DNA of 62,326 bases, the filler included, from Sphacelaria rigidula (Eukaryota), in NCBI GenBank assembly GCA_964200075.2. It is 9 parts of 9 records of this genome, joined end to end, with 100 filler letters (N's around TTAATTAATTAA, not from the genome) between each part and the next. Parts side by side here need not be neighbours in the genome. Positions count along the whole stretch, not along the records: positions 48,556 to 55,391 come from CAXNAA020017839.1; positions 55,492 to 62,326 come from CAXNAA020017840.1; 7 more parts are not named here. One strand, 5' to 3'. Both the position numbers and the translations under genes were made by a program. The notes beneath the pieces were generated by a model. That model worked only from the letters and a program-made list of their open reading frames with translations, did not search any database and was not told where the DNA came from. The number at the start of each line of letters is the position of its first letter. Position 1 is the stretch's first letter. Shown piece after piece: positions 49,761 through 61,615 of this stretch.

Positions 49761-52700
49761 GTGGTGGCTTCGGTCCAAGCGGAACATGCAGGTCACAGGC
49801 AGCTCCTGTGGCGGCCGCCGCTGTGCTGCCGGCTCTGCTGGCGCTGCTGTATTGCGCGGGTCTATTCAGCAATAGTTTCATTGAGGTGGGCGACGAGATT
49901 TTAGAGTTGGAAATTATTTTGACGGGCTCGGTAATTTCCAAAATATAGCACTCCGCAAATGAACACCCTCAAAATATAGATAGAGAGTCCTTGTACCTCA
50001 CCTCCTTTCCCCCTTTCCCCCTTTCCCCCTTTCCCCTGTCGGTTGTCGTTGGTTGATTACTATTAATACGTCCATCAGGATAGTATTTGCCCGTGGTTTG
50101 TAGCTGTTTATTCACCCACATAAAAAATTTATTACTTAAATACTCGGTCCACTCCCCGTAGAGATTATGTCACGATCGCCACGATTTTCACCAAAACCGG
50201 CCTTCCTCCCCACCCCCCCAAAAATTACTGTCACAACCACATCGCCCAATACCTCCGTGATTGTCGCGCGCTCATTTTCAGGCAGAGGACGGCCTTCATC
50301 GCTTCCTCGGCGCGTCTGCATTGCTCACACTAGCTGCACTGGTCGCTGTCCCATCCTTTCCCGTGGGGCTTGGCGCTACGACTTCCGGTTTTCGGGTCAA
50401 AACACGAGGAAACACGACCACCCTGGCAGGAGCAGCACGAGCGACGGACTCTGTCACAGCCAATCTTCACGACAAAGAGGCATTCGATGATACTCGGCAG
50501 GGTTTCTTCGCGTGGGGACTGATGCAAGCCGCACGGGGGGCGGTGGAAGACGGAGCGGGGGCGGGGTGCTACGTGGTGCTTGCCGCCGTCTGCTTACGCC
50601 TTGCGGGGGCTGTTCAAGACTCCCACGTTGGGGGAGCGGTCGGGTTAACGCCGGGCGCCGGCAGCGCTTTCAGCATACGGTGGTCAGTGCTGCCTCTCAT
50701 TTTGTTGTGGTATCTCTGTCGGTCGTCGCGATTTCATTCTGGCGGCGTTGATAGCAGCAGCAGCAGCGAGGGGATTTCGTCTCAGGCTCGTGGGAGGGCC
50801 ATGTCAATCGCCGAGTGCTGTTGGCGAAGCATTGCCAGGGGCGCAAGCAGAGGACGGAGAGCGAGGAGAGTGGATGACGGCTTCGAGGAAGGAGGAGGAC
50901 GAGGGGAATGGTTGTTGCCGCCTCGGAAATCCTTGACATCGTCGACTTTGTCTTTGCCACGGGTTCGCTTTACGGTGCATGACTTGCTCCAAGCGGCCAG
51001 CTTGGTTGCTGTTGCGGGGTACTGGGCCAACGCCGCGTTGACTCCCCCGACGGAAGCGAGGTCCCACAGTAATAACACCGACATCGATTCTCGGCCTGCG
51101 AGCGCCGTAGATGCGGCCGAGACAGGAGCGACGGCGGGGGCAGGAATCGGCGGAGCGGAGTCATCGCCCCTCGATGACATGCTTGAACCGCTCTTGTCGA
51201 TTCCGATCCGCTTGTTGCTTCCCCGGATCACCTACGCTTTGTGCGTAGCCGGCTTGGCCGTGACGGTCCGGTGGCCGTCGGCAAATCGAAAGCTGCAAAC
51301 AGATCGGGGGAAGAGACAACGGCGACTGCCTGCGCTTGTCGGTTCTCCGAACCATTCGGCGCACGATTCTGTGAACCGTACTTCCAGCGGCGGTGGTTGC
51401 GAGACGTACTCCAACGTTTCGGCGCGGGCGGCGGCCAAAGTGATCACCCATCTTGTTCCTGTAGTAGTGCTGCTTCTGGGACCGGGATCCCCGCCGGTGG
51501 TTGTGCTCGTGGCCATGGCGTGCGGGTTCGTGATGAAAGGTATTTCGCTCGCTACAGCTGCTCTAGCTACTCCCGCCGCTGGAAGCAGATCCTCATCTTT
51601 GGGGGCAGCGGTGCCATTGGGGGCCGTGGCTGTTGCCTGGACTATCGTCGGCCGTGCGTGCTTTTTCCTTACGGGGCATCATAACCAGTTCAGCAGGCTG
51701 CAGTACTCGGCCGGGTTTGTAGGTGCGTGTGGGTTTTTTCGCAGTAGACATATCTTGACGGCACTTGACGCGGTGCGCGAGTGCTAACCCAATCGGGTGA
51801 TACGAAAATGTCAGGCATGCACAGCGGGAGAGATTTGGTGACCCCTTGAGACAACAGGATCGTCCCGAGGAAGGGAGGGGTTAAAATGGAGCATGACGGA
51901 AAGTATCATGTACACTCGGTTGGGGTAGATGCCAATATCCGCGATAGTCAGTGGCACACACCCTGATGAGACAAGATACACTTCCGATATGGCTGTCACT
52001 GTGTTTGGCGATTTATCTTGCCGAGAGTTCGGAATGGTTTTACCTGTGGTGATTTGGTCGAGAAACGCATACAGCCCAGAAAATCTCAACGTATCCTGCG
52101 TACAAGAATCCATCCGTCTGATTTGACCACGTAATCATCCGCGTTTATTCAGCAGTGATGATTACACCTTCCATGTTCCCCTTGACTGTCGTGCTGTATT
52201 TTCTCTCGTGTTTCTTCATTTTCTTCTCCGCGACGGATACTCCCGCATGTTCTTCAGGGTTCGACGAGTTTGACTTTAGGGTGGCCGGCCTTCTCCTCTT
52301 TCTCAACACCTTCGGCACCGAGATACTCGTCGCCTTTACCGTTCCCCTCGCCGCCGCGGCCGCCACCCCTCAGCGTACTAGAGCACCAACACTGCTACCG
52401 CCATACTCCCCAGACCGGGAACCATGCGACCATGGGGGCGGATGCAGTAGTGCTGGCCTGGCTGACACTTCCATCCCTACGGCTTCGGTGCCAACGCCAA
52501 GGGCATCGAATTTTGGAGATGGGAACCGAGATCCCGGGGCTAGGATAAGGGGGCGCGGTGTCGCCGCCGCTGACTTTATGAGTACTGCTGAACGCAGCGA
52601 CCGTTTGGGAGTTATACCGGCACTGCCGATTGACAGCCGTTCTCACGGCGACACGGACGGCGCTTGCTATAACTACGGCGCCAGGACAAGGGAGGGTGAA

Positions 52701-53063
52701 GGAGCGGTCTTGGATACGTTCCGCGGAGAGGATGGCGAAGGAGTAGGAGTCACGGAAGGAGGAGGCGACCGGGCGCTACTCCATGCGTCGGCCACTTCTT
52801 TTTTGGTTGTTATGGAGAGGCTATCCGGCTTGATGCTGCTCCTCAGCGCTGCGCGCACGTTCTTGTCCGCCGCTAACGTGTCGGTGCAGCGAGGGCACCT
52901 CATGCTCTGGGCGGTGTTCGCGCCGAAGTTCGTGTTTGATGCCACCATGCAGGCCGTCAGCGGGGCGGCCGCGGTTGTTGTGTGGGCTGTTGTGTGTGCA
53001 TCCGTCCACGGCTTGTCCAACAGTAAGCGCGTAGTGAACTCTGAACGTTCAACTTCGGTTTAG
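49761..53063 (+). CDS. PIGO: GPI ethanolamine phosphate transferase 3 (PIG-O type), last 3 exons: 49761-49885, 50282-51722, 52258-53063
   Basis: Spliced motifs LFSNSFIE|AEDGLHRFL, FFLTGHHNQFSRLQYSAGFV|GFDEF...LLFLNTFG and QRGHLMLWAVFAPKFVFD. Introns are GT-AG and in phase; many hydrophobic segments. Confidence 0.9.
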
Positions 53064-53544
53064 TACTAAGTAGTAAGTCATTTTCCAGCCCTTGTATGTT
53101 AGGCTAGTGCGAACATTTGTGAATCGAGTTGAGTCTAAGATAATGCATCTACCGTAGAGATCCCGAGTCCTCAAAAGTATAAGTAGAATAATACTGAGCA
53201 TTTCAGCGTCCCGATAGAGAGATACCTTGGTCTTACAGTTATTCTCCGAGTTAGCATGGTGCTAGCTCATGACACATTTTGGCGGCCGATGGGTCAACGT
53301 TCACGACAGCGTCTAACGGGACAAAGCTTTTCCCCCATTGTTTTGTTGGGATAATGACAACATGACGTGTCCCCACCTCCTGCGCGGTGCAATTGTTCGA
53401 CCGGAGCAAAGCTTTTCCCCCCTCAAATTGTCTGTGATACAGACAGGGTTCATCTCACGGACGGGGTTTGAGGCCCTGAAGAGGCTGAACTAATAATATC
53501 TCGTGTGTGGGGGGGTGGGAGTCATACAGTTTTCGACTCATCCC

Positions 53545-53880
53545 CCTCCCCCCCTTCGTGGTCCGGCGGAAACCCGGCGTGCTCCGTCCCGGCTTTGTAG
53601 GGATGCGAGGCCAGTGGTCTCACGACTACGACATGCGTGATGTTGAGATGAACCTTGGTCGATGTCTGACGTCACCCGCGGCCACTTCGGAGTGGAAGGA
53701 CTTTTGGACGTTGATCAACTTCGCTCGGTGAAAATTTTCGTCGGAAATCGGCCGACGAGACTGATTGACTCCTTTTGGGGGGAAACCAGAAAACTGCGAT
53801 TGGGTACGTCCATCATGAGACAACGGCTGGACCCCTGGGGGGTCAGTCAAATGCGACAATCAAATCAAATCAATTCAAAT
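53545..53880 (+). mobile_element. About 335-bp SINE-like retroposon; its 5' part recurs at 62275-62326
   Basis: ggtccggcg.aaacccggcgtgctccgtcccggctttg is shared by both copies. It ends in the GAC.ACGGCTGGA / (AAATC)n tail. Confidence 0.65.
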
Positions 53881-56624
53881 GCGTGCCACTCTGCCCTTCC
53901 GAATGTGGGGGGGATGGCAACCCGGGTGGTCGACAAGAGCGGACAGTGCCCATCGTTGAGTGCATGGTGATGCACATTCCAAAACACAGACTCGAAAATG
54001 ACGACAGTAACCGAGAGATGCAGAGGCGAGGAGGGGCACCGAAGAATATACAGCTACTACCGTTTGTTCCATGCTGGGCCAGCCATAATTAGCGTAAATA
54101 GCCAAGAATTTAAATGACGGCAAGTGTCCGCAGCGCACAAACTGCCCTCTTCAGAACAGTACTCGTACTATCTTAGTCCAAGTTTCAACTTCGCACTTTC
54201 GATGAACCACTTGACGGCGAGCAAAGGTTATCTGTTGAGTCAGCTTCAATTTCACTTGAAAAAAGTATGCACCATCCAGATGGACTACCCTCACGGCCAA
54301 GGGTCTAACAGCGACAATTCAGGTTCTTGGGTTTCCACGGCTCATCATGCTTCGTGTTTGATCCCGAACTTCTAGAATCGAGAGGCAGGAGCACCCGACA
54401 CACATACCGCGAAAAAAAAAAGAGACCAATATTGAACGAGTTATGGGATCCCCCGTCATTGGGGATCCTACGAGTGTACAGCCCAGAGTTCTTGCTCTAT
54501 GATATTATTTGTCGGCCGTACCAATCCGGACCATTACAATAGAAAATTAGTTCCTTCAGTTTTTTCAATTCTCGATATTCCTTACGCTACCGCCGCAAAA
54601 ACGTGTTCTTGTCATATACAGTCAACAACACCCCCCTCAATAAACGGAGTTTTACTCCGTATTGATGCGACAGATTAAAAAATTGGGCAATGTGTCCCGA
54701 GCACGACCTGCTTCTTTTCCAACGCCTACCGCCCCTGAAACTTTCGAGTAAAGGTGACGAATCGTCTGCGAAAAAAACGGGTACCACTGTAACGTGTTCA
54801 AAATCAACGGCTAGCCAAACAAAGCACAACAGTACAGCACAATAACTTTAAACATCGCGAAAAATAGTAGCCTTTGACAGCACGGAGCCTTTGACAACAA
54901 CTGTAGATCGACGTGACATGCTGTCAGAGCCCGTTCCACGCATAGCCGAGTTGGCGGTCCATAAGCAAACCATCTCAGAATTATTGCCACGCCGAGAAGT
55001 CTTCATCCATGATCAGCTGAGGAGGATGAACCATGGACACGTGCATCAAAAAAGCAAAGCGCGGGGGACGGGGGGAGAGGGGGCTTTTTCATTCCAAGGT
55101 AGAAGCTACCACCCATATTTTATTTCTCACGAAACACGGAGAGGTTCAATGGTTCAGTGCACAATGCACATGGCGACATTTCTAGACGCACACGGTGTTT
55201 TCCTCCACAAACACTACCTTGACTGCACCAACTACTACCCACCCGCAAGAGACTGTAATTTGGACCACAGCCCTGGTTCGTTTCACGACTTTCGTACAGT
55301 ACCTACGCCTTACCCTGTGAAGGGAGGAGGAGAAGGGGGGGTGTACTCATGATCATGCATGCCATGGTCATCAGACCATTGGCCTCGCATCNNNNNNNNN
55401 NNNNNNNNNNNNNNNNNNNNNNNNNNNNNNNNNNNTTAATTAATTAANNNNNNNNNNNNNNNNNNNNNNNNNNNNNNNNNNNNNNNNNNNNACAAATTTG
55501 GACAATCTTTGAGAAACTAGGAAATTACGGATTCTGCATACTTCTGACGCTGACTACTGTATTCATCTGAAAACTCTGCGTCAGTGAGTGCATCGTAAGT
55601 CGATATCGTTAGAACGACACTTACCATAAATACATCACCGGCTGCCAGACTGTCAAAACTAAGGATCCGCTAGCATTGCCACTGTCTATATGGGGATGTT
55701 GCCCCCTTGTCGGGTACGCTTTCGTGCATGATACTAGATGTAGATCATGCTTGTAAATGGGAACCAACTGCTGGGCGTTCTCACTCAAGACTTCGATTTG
55801 AAGATGATACTAGGTAGGGTGCATACGCTGTGTGTCCAGGTGCCCCTTGGAGCAGGATGCGTTTGGTTTCTGTTTGACAAAGTTATCCCGGAAAAAACGA
55901 AATCAATAGGGGTTCTAGAGGTGAAAAATCCAGTGAAACAAATGTCGCGAAAAACCGGTTAGTCGATTTTTTACTCGCAGCAGAAATCAAGTTCACCTTG
56001 TGGAATTGGGATGTACTTCCCACTCACGCCGGAAGTCGACTGTAAATGCCTGTCCCCCCCATCCACGATACCACGGCTACACTCTTGGCTGAGCCATCTG
56101 ACACCTTCGAGTCACGTGTGCACTCTGTCCAGTGTGGGGGGTTGGCAAGTGCACGCGTCATACGCTTTCTCACAATAATGTGATACCCTCGACAAGCTGG
56201 TTGTCCCATTGGCAACACAGGAGTTGTTCCCAGCGACAGTAGAGGCCAGGGTGCTGCTACAGCACTCACAGCGAAGCAGTACCAGATGAGTGAACATTCT
56301 GCAGCACGCTCCACGCGTGCCAATCAATACGGCAGGCATTACAGTGTTGACACCCGCTACAACAAAAAAAACACTTGTGCGAACTGCTTCTTCCACGAAG
56401 CAATTCGTTAAAGCCACCACCAGAACTCCGGCGCAGCATCCGCATATCATGATCACCCAAGAACAGCTCTACCCTTTCGCAGCGACACGCGCGAAAACCG
56501 GGGCTGCGGCGGCGCATTTGGATATATTTCACCGTCAAACTCGTCAGGCAAAACTGGCGTTAAGCTACAGATCGGCGTGCGGCGAGCATGTCATAATCAC
56601 TCCAACTCGCGTTCGTGTTGACAC

Positions 56625-58466
56625 TTACGCAAGGGGGGGAAACGGAGCCGAAAATGCCAGCTCCATCTTCATACCTTCCTCTTTACCATGAAACACAACT
56701 GAAGAAGCATCTACAGCAGCGTCTTCTGCCCGAAGGAGTTCACGAGCCATAGACCTCGTCCTGCAAATCCGCTTCTTCACTCTTTCATCGCATATATCGC
56801 TGGAGTTACTGCCAATCCTGCTGCTCCCACCTTCATCAGAGTAGGTGGCGACGCCACCCCTCCTTCGCAAGCTCTGCCTGGGACGCTGGGAGGGAGAAGA
56901 CTCTTCCAATTTCACCTTCGTGTGCGGTCCCGTCCAAAGAGATCCTCCTTCGATACCCTCGGCGGGCTGCGGTGGCGCGGTATCAACACGTTCGGAACTT
57001 CCGAATAAAATGGGGCCGAACCCGACATCATCCGTACCATCCTTCTGACTAGTGGAATATTTGGGTCGTCCATCTTGGGTGGAAATTTGATCGAAAATGT
57101 CTTGATGTTGCCCTCGCCCGGTTGCTTGAGATACGGCATGTTGGCATACGTGAATCTGTTCGGCGCCATCAACGCGGCACACACACCGACCCGAACAGCT
57201 TTCGCTGCCGCATCTCTTGCTCACTATATTGCCCATCCCCACCCTCGCTTGACCGGTACAGAAGTGCGCCTTCTGATTCCCCGCTACACCATACGATGGT
57301 TTCTTCGAGCAGCCCTCGTTGCCGCATCTCTTGCTCACTACGTTAACCATCCCTACCCTCGCGTGACTGGCACAGAACTCCGCCTTCCGACTTCCCGCTA
57401 CACCGTACGATGATTTCTTGTTGCAGCCCTTGTTGCCGCACTTCTTGCTCACCACGTCAACCATCCCTGCCCTCGCGTGACCGGCACAGAACTCCGCCTT
57501 CCGACTTCCCGCGACACCGTACGATGGTTGTTTGGAGCAACCCTCGTTGCCGCATCTCTTGCTCACCACGTCAACCATCCCTGCCCTGGCGTGACTGGCA
57601 CAGAACTCCGCCTTCCGACTTCCCGCTACACCGTACGATGGTTTCTTCGAGCAGCCCTCGTTGCCGCATCTCTTGCTCACCACGTCAACCATCCTTGCCC
57701 TGGCGTGACCGGCACAGAACTCCGCTTTTCGACTACCCGCTACACCGTACGATGGTTTCTTGGAGCAGCCCTCGTTGCCGCACTTCTTCCTTGCTACATA
57801 GACCATCCCTACCCTGGCGTGACTGCCACAGAACTCCGCCTTCCGGCTTCCCGCTACACCGTACGATGGTTGTTTGGGGCAGCCCTCGTTGCCGCACATC
57901 TTCCTCGCTACATAGACCATCCCTGCCCTGGCGTGACCGGCACAGAATCCAGCCAACCGGGTTCCCGCTACACCGTACGATGGTATTTTGGAGCAGCCCT
58001 CGTTACCGCACCTCTTGCTCACTACATTGACCATCTTCACCCTGGCGTGACTCGCACAGAACTCCGCTCTCCGGCTGTCCGCTGCACCGTACGATGGTCT
58101 CTTCGAGCAGCCCTCGTTGCCGCACTTCTTGCTCTTGACGTTGACCATCCCTGCCCTGGCGTGATCGGCACAGACCTCCACCAACCGGCTTCCCGCTACA
58201 CCGTACGATGGATGTTTGGCACAGCTCTCGTTGCCGCACTTCTTGTTCGTCACATTCACCATCTCCACCCTGGTGTGATCGCCACAGAATTCGGCTTTCC
58301 GACTCCCCGCTGACCCGTACGATGGTTGCTTGGACCAGCCCTTGTTGCCGCACCCCTTACTTACTCCACTGACCTTACCAACCAGGTTCACCGGCACCTC
58401 CAAGATGTTGACGACCGTCGCGCTATCTCGCGAAACTTTCAAGCAGCTCTCCGGGCGCGCTGCCAA
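56625..58466 (-). CDS. EsV-1-7 cysteine-rich repeat protein (10 full + 1 degenerate 38-aa repeats, then a low-complexity C-terminus); true start uncertain
   Basis: 613-codon uninterrupted frame. The unit KKCGNEGCSKxPSYGVAGSRKAEFCAxHARAGMVDVVS (C-x4-C-x16-C-x2-H) is the EsV-1-7 motif of Ectocarpus virus 1 and brown-algal IMM-family proteins. Confidence 0.93.
   Translation of the reverse strand: MAARPESCLKVSRDSATVVNILEVPVNLVGKVSGVSKGCGNKGWSKQPSYGSAGSRKAEFCGDHTRVEMVNVTNKKCGNESCAKHPSYGVAGSRLVEVCADHARAGMVNVKSKKCGNEGCSKRPSYGAADSRRAEFCASHARVKMVNVVSKRCGNEGCSKIPSYGVAGTRLAGFCAGHARAGMVYVARKMCGNEGCPKQPSYGVAGSRKAEFCGSHARVGMVYVARKKCGNEGCSKKPSYGVAGSRKAEFCAGHARARMVDVVSKRCGNEGCSKKPSYGVAGSRKAEFCASHARAGMVDVVSKRCGNEGCSKQPSYGVAGSRKAEFCAGHARAGMVDVVSKKCGNKGCNKKSSYGVAGSRKAEFCASHARVGMVNVVSKRCGNEGCSKKPSYGVAGNQKAHFCTGQARVGMGNIVSKRCGSESCSGRCVCRVDGAEQIHVCQHAVSQATGRGQHQDIFDQISTQDGRPKYSTSQKDGTDDVGFGPILFGSSERVDTAPPQPAEGIEGGSLWTGPHTKVKLEESSPSQRPRQSLRRRGGVATYSDEGGSSRIGSNSSDICDERVKKRICRTRSMARELLRAEDAAVDASSVVFHGKEEGMKMELAFSAPFPPLA
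57138..58358 (-). repeat. 114-bp coding tandem array (EsV-1-7 units)
   Basis: Exact 114-nt period from 58358 to 57218. Confidence 0.97.
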
Positions 58467-61174
58467 GCTAGCATCACCGCCATGACGGCAAAACGAGAGG
58501 CTCTAGCGCACTCAATATCGGCTGTTTCAGGCAGTCAACGGCCGAACGAAGGGGGGAGGCTGTCCCTCCTGCCGCTGCCTGAGAATAATTAACGGATTCA
58601 AAAGCCGAAAAACAGATTCTCAAGTGTTTCCCAAATGCGGCATACAGTACTTCGAGACAAATGCCAAGTACGGCCTGTATACATCTTGCGTGGGCCTTTA
58701 CTTTGTGATAGAACCTTTGCTCTGTCGAACACTCTATTTACAAACGTAGTGCTGCCGATTCTTCTGGTGGAGAGCTTCGCAACACGATAGACATTTCCTC
58801 CACTGGATGCGTTGCTGAATTGCGCAGCAAGAAAGCAACACAAACACGTATCATACACTACGGCCAAAACTCAGGAATGGGTAAATGATTTAGATCGAGA
58901 AAAACACTACAAGCTTTATATTTTTCAGTATCAAAAGTGGGAGAACCTTGGGCCTCCATGAGAAACTCGTAGACCACCTTCTGTTGTCGTCAGTTGTGCC
59001 ATGCAGAAAGCTCGACAAGATACAAATATATGTATCTCACAAATGTCTTTGCCTGAGGAAACTTCCTTCACTGATCTTCATCAATTTTCGCGTATGAAGT
59101 GACATGATTGAGAGGATGTGAACGTCCTCGTCGTAAGTACCATCCTGCATATTTCTGCATTAGTATCTGCTGCGGCTGTAGGTACACGTATTGACACAAC
59201 CGGTCAAGGACTCCGCGTCTCAAAAGGCAGGCCGGTTTCTCCGCGACTGATGGCCATAAACGTTCCGTTTCCGCAACACCAACTGACATGCATGCAACAA
59301 TTGAGTAGGGAAAAGTATCGAACAGGCACGTGAAACTGCACTATAAAAAACAGGGAGTGAACAACCAAAGGTGATTTTTTCATGAACGAGTCAAGAATTC
59401 TACGAGACAATTTCGGAATCATACCTCATTCTCGGTCAAGTTTGACCCATTTTCAAAGCGATAGCTCAGAAACACGACATTCTACAGAGAAGGCAATTGA
59501 AACGGATGGTTCTGATAACAAAATCAGCAAACACTGGCATTTCCGCCTCTTCATGGGAGAAGCCAAAGTCAGTGCCTTGCTGGATGCTGCACCTTCTCAA
59601 CACATTTAGACTCAACGTCACCAGGAGACACGAGATGATTGCATAAACTATACACAGCGAAGTGCAAGATAATAAAATTGCTCAAGCTAACTCGTTGAAG
59701 GAAAAGGGTACGTATCAGTGTCTACCGAACACGGACTGTCCTTCCCGTAGGGAAGTCGCGAAGTCACGGTACGGCTTGAGCGGTCAAGTCCGTGCTTGAA
59801 AACAAAACTTTCGCGGTGGTTGGAAAATATACAAATCTCAGGCCCCGCCTCAACACCGGTACATAACAATCCTGATGAATTCCGGTCGACAGCCCAGAAC
59901 AAGTGCATGGCTACATCATCTATGATAAACAAATACACGATCCTTGACGAGGCCATGATGGGCTGCGCCATTCGCTTGAAGTTCCTTCATAGTATGCCTT
60001 GAGGGTTGATGCTTTGCGAATGAAAATGGCTTCACATGCGCAGAAAGATACACTACATACATCGCCCCCCGTGTTTTTAACGATAAGTCACACAACAACC
60101 TATGCGATCGGGACGTATGTGGTCGTGGTGATCTTGGATCGTTCGGTATGGACTGGAACCAAGGTGCTGGAGGAAAAAGCGCGAGTCAGGAGCACACTAA
60201 AATGAAGTAAGTTCATCACCAGCACTTTGTGCACATTAGCCCCCGAAAACATTGTGCTTTCGGCAAATGAAATGATCAAGACATGACAGCGCCTCCAAAT
60301 TAGACCATCTTAGTGCACAGGACGTGTGAACATTACTTTAGGAGCAAATTACACCCAGCTCCCAACACGAGACCAGGGGTAATGGTTGGGAAGCACTTGA
60401 TTCAGCAGGTCAACAGATTTCGGTTCTTGTGATCTCAGCACTTCGTTCATGATCGCCTTATACATGTCGTGGTATTTGATGTTACATTCCATCACATACT
60501 TTCGTTCGAGTGACTGACTCTGACTGCAATCCTGTCTGATTAGTTGCTCCCACGCCGATGAGATAGTGTTGCACGTCTCGGTTAACAGTGATAACACCGC
60601 TGGCGTGCAATCAGTCCTTCCGCTTCCATGCTGCAAAAGGGTTTCTCCATTGACAGCACCCTTCCAACCTCCCCTCCTCATGCTCCTGACTTGCCCTCGG
60701 ACGGTACAACATGGTGAGTAGGAGCCACGCCCTACACGGGTCGCTGGGGTTTTTGATACATGTCGACACTTTGCATCGTGGTCAGCACCCATTCGGGTCT
60801 TGACGTGTGCTCTAGTTGGGAGTATCGAGGCCGTAACGAACGTTGGGTTCGTGTTGGCATGTGTTGGACACGAGGTTGCCCTCTGAGCAACATATTTCAA
60901 CATGTACTTCCCCCGCCGGCTGTGGATACCGGTATATCGAGTCGGCAGAATGGAAATAGTTATCAGACAACATACGTCGAGCACAAACAATGCAAAGGGT
61001 GTCATTACATAGATTGACTTGTGCCCAGGGCGCTTCCCATTTCAGTATATTTTGGTGTTTGTGACGTTGGTCTTGGCTTGCGGCGATGAAACCGGAGTGG
61101 TCTCGGCTGGGCCCTTGTTAGTAGTGGCTCTGGAATGAAGGTCCGCCGCACGCACTCGGGGTATGGTGATATAA

Positions 61175-61615
61175 CACGAGATCTTACAAATTGGGGATGG
61201 ATCTTTCATTGGGGATGAGAAATCCGGAGAAATAAAATCTTCGTATCCACACCAAATGTTCGAAGTATAGTTCCATTTCTTCACCTACTGACAGCTATTG
61301 ACAACTGCTACACGCCATAGAAATTTGGATTTCAATCACCGAAATGCTGGCGTCCTAGGTAAAAAAAACCATTTCAGAACAATTTTGGCGTCCAAACGGA
61401 CTCCCGTGATTCCCCAGAATTAATTTTTTACGTAGGACTCCACGATTTCGGTGATCGAAATCCAAATTTTTATGGTATGAAGCAGTTGTCAGTAGCTATC
61501 AGTAGGTGAAGAAATGGAACCATATTTCGAAGATTTCGTGTGTGAGAAAATATTTGAATTCTCCGGGCTTCTCATCTCCAATAAAAGATCCATCCCCAAT
61601 TTGTAAGATCCCGTG
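61175..61615. mobile_element. 441-bp foldback MITE, sibling of 46661-47099
   Basis: cacgagatcttacaaattgggg ... ccccaatttgtaagatcccgtg; aligns end to end with the other copy. Confidence 0.92.

Noticed and set aside
50700-51450. Long Gly/Ser/Ala-rich insertions in PIG-O
   Set aside because: Low-complexity loop expansions are common in such algal proteins. The frame and conserved motifs are intact.
57075-58353. Long overlapping ORFs (206, 278, 116 aa) over the EsV-1-7 array
   Set aside because: They are by-products of a stop-free 114-bp repeat. Only the 613-aa frame gives a known motif.
59068-61005. 218-aa and smaller minus-strand ORFs upstream of the EsV-1-7 gene
   Set aside because: No recognisable domain or consistent splice pattern, so no link to the repeat gene can be shown.
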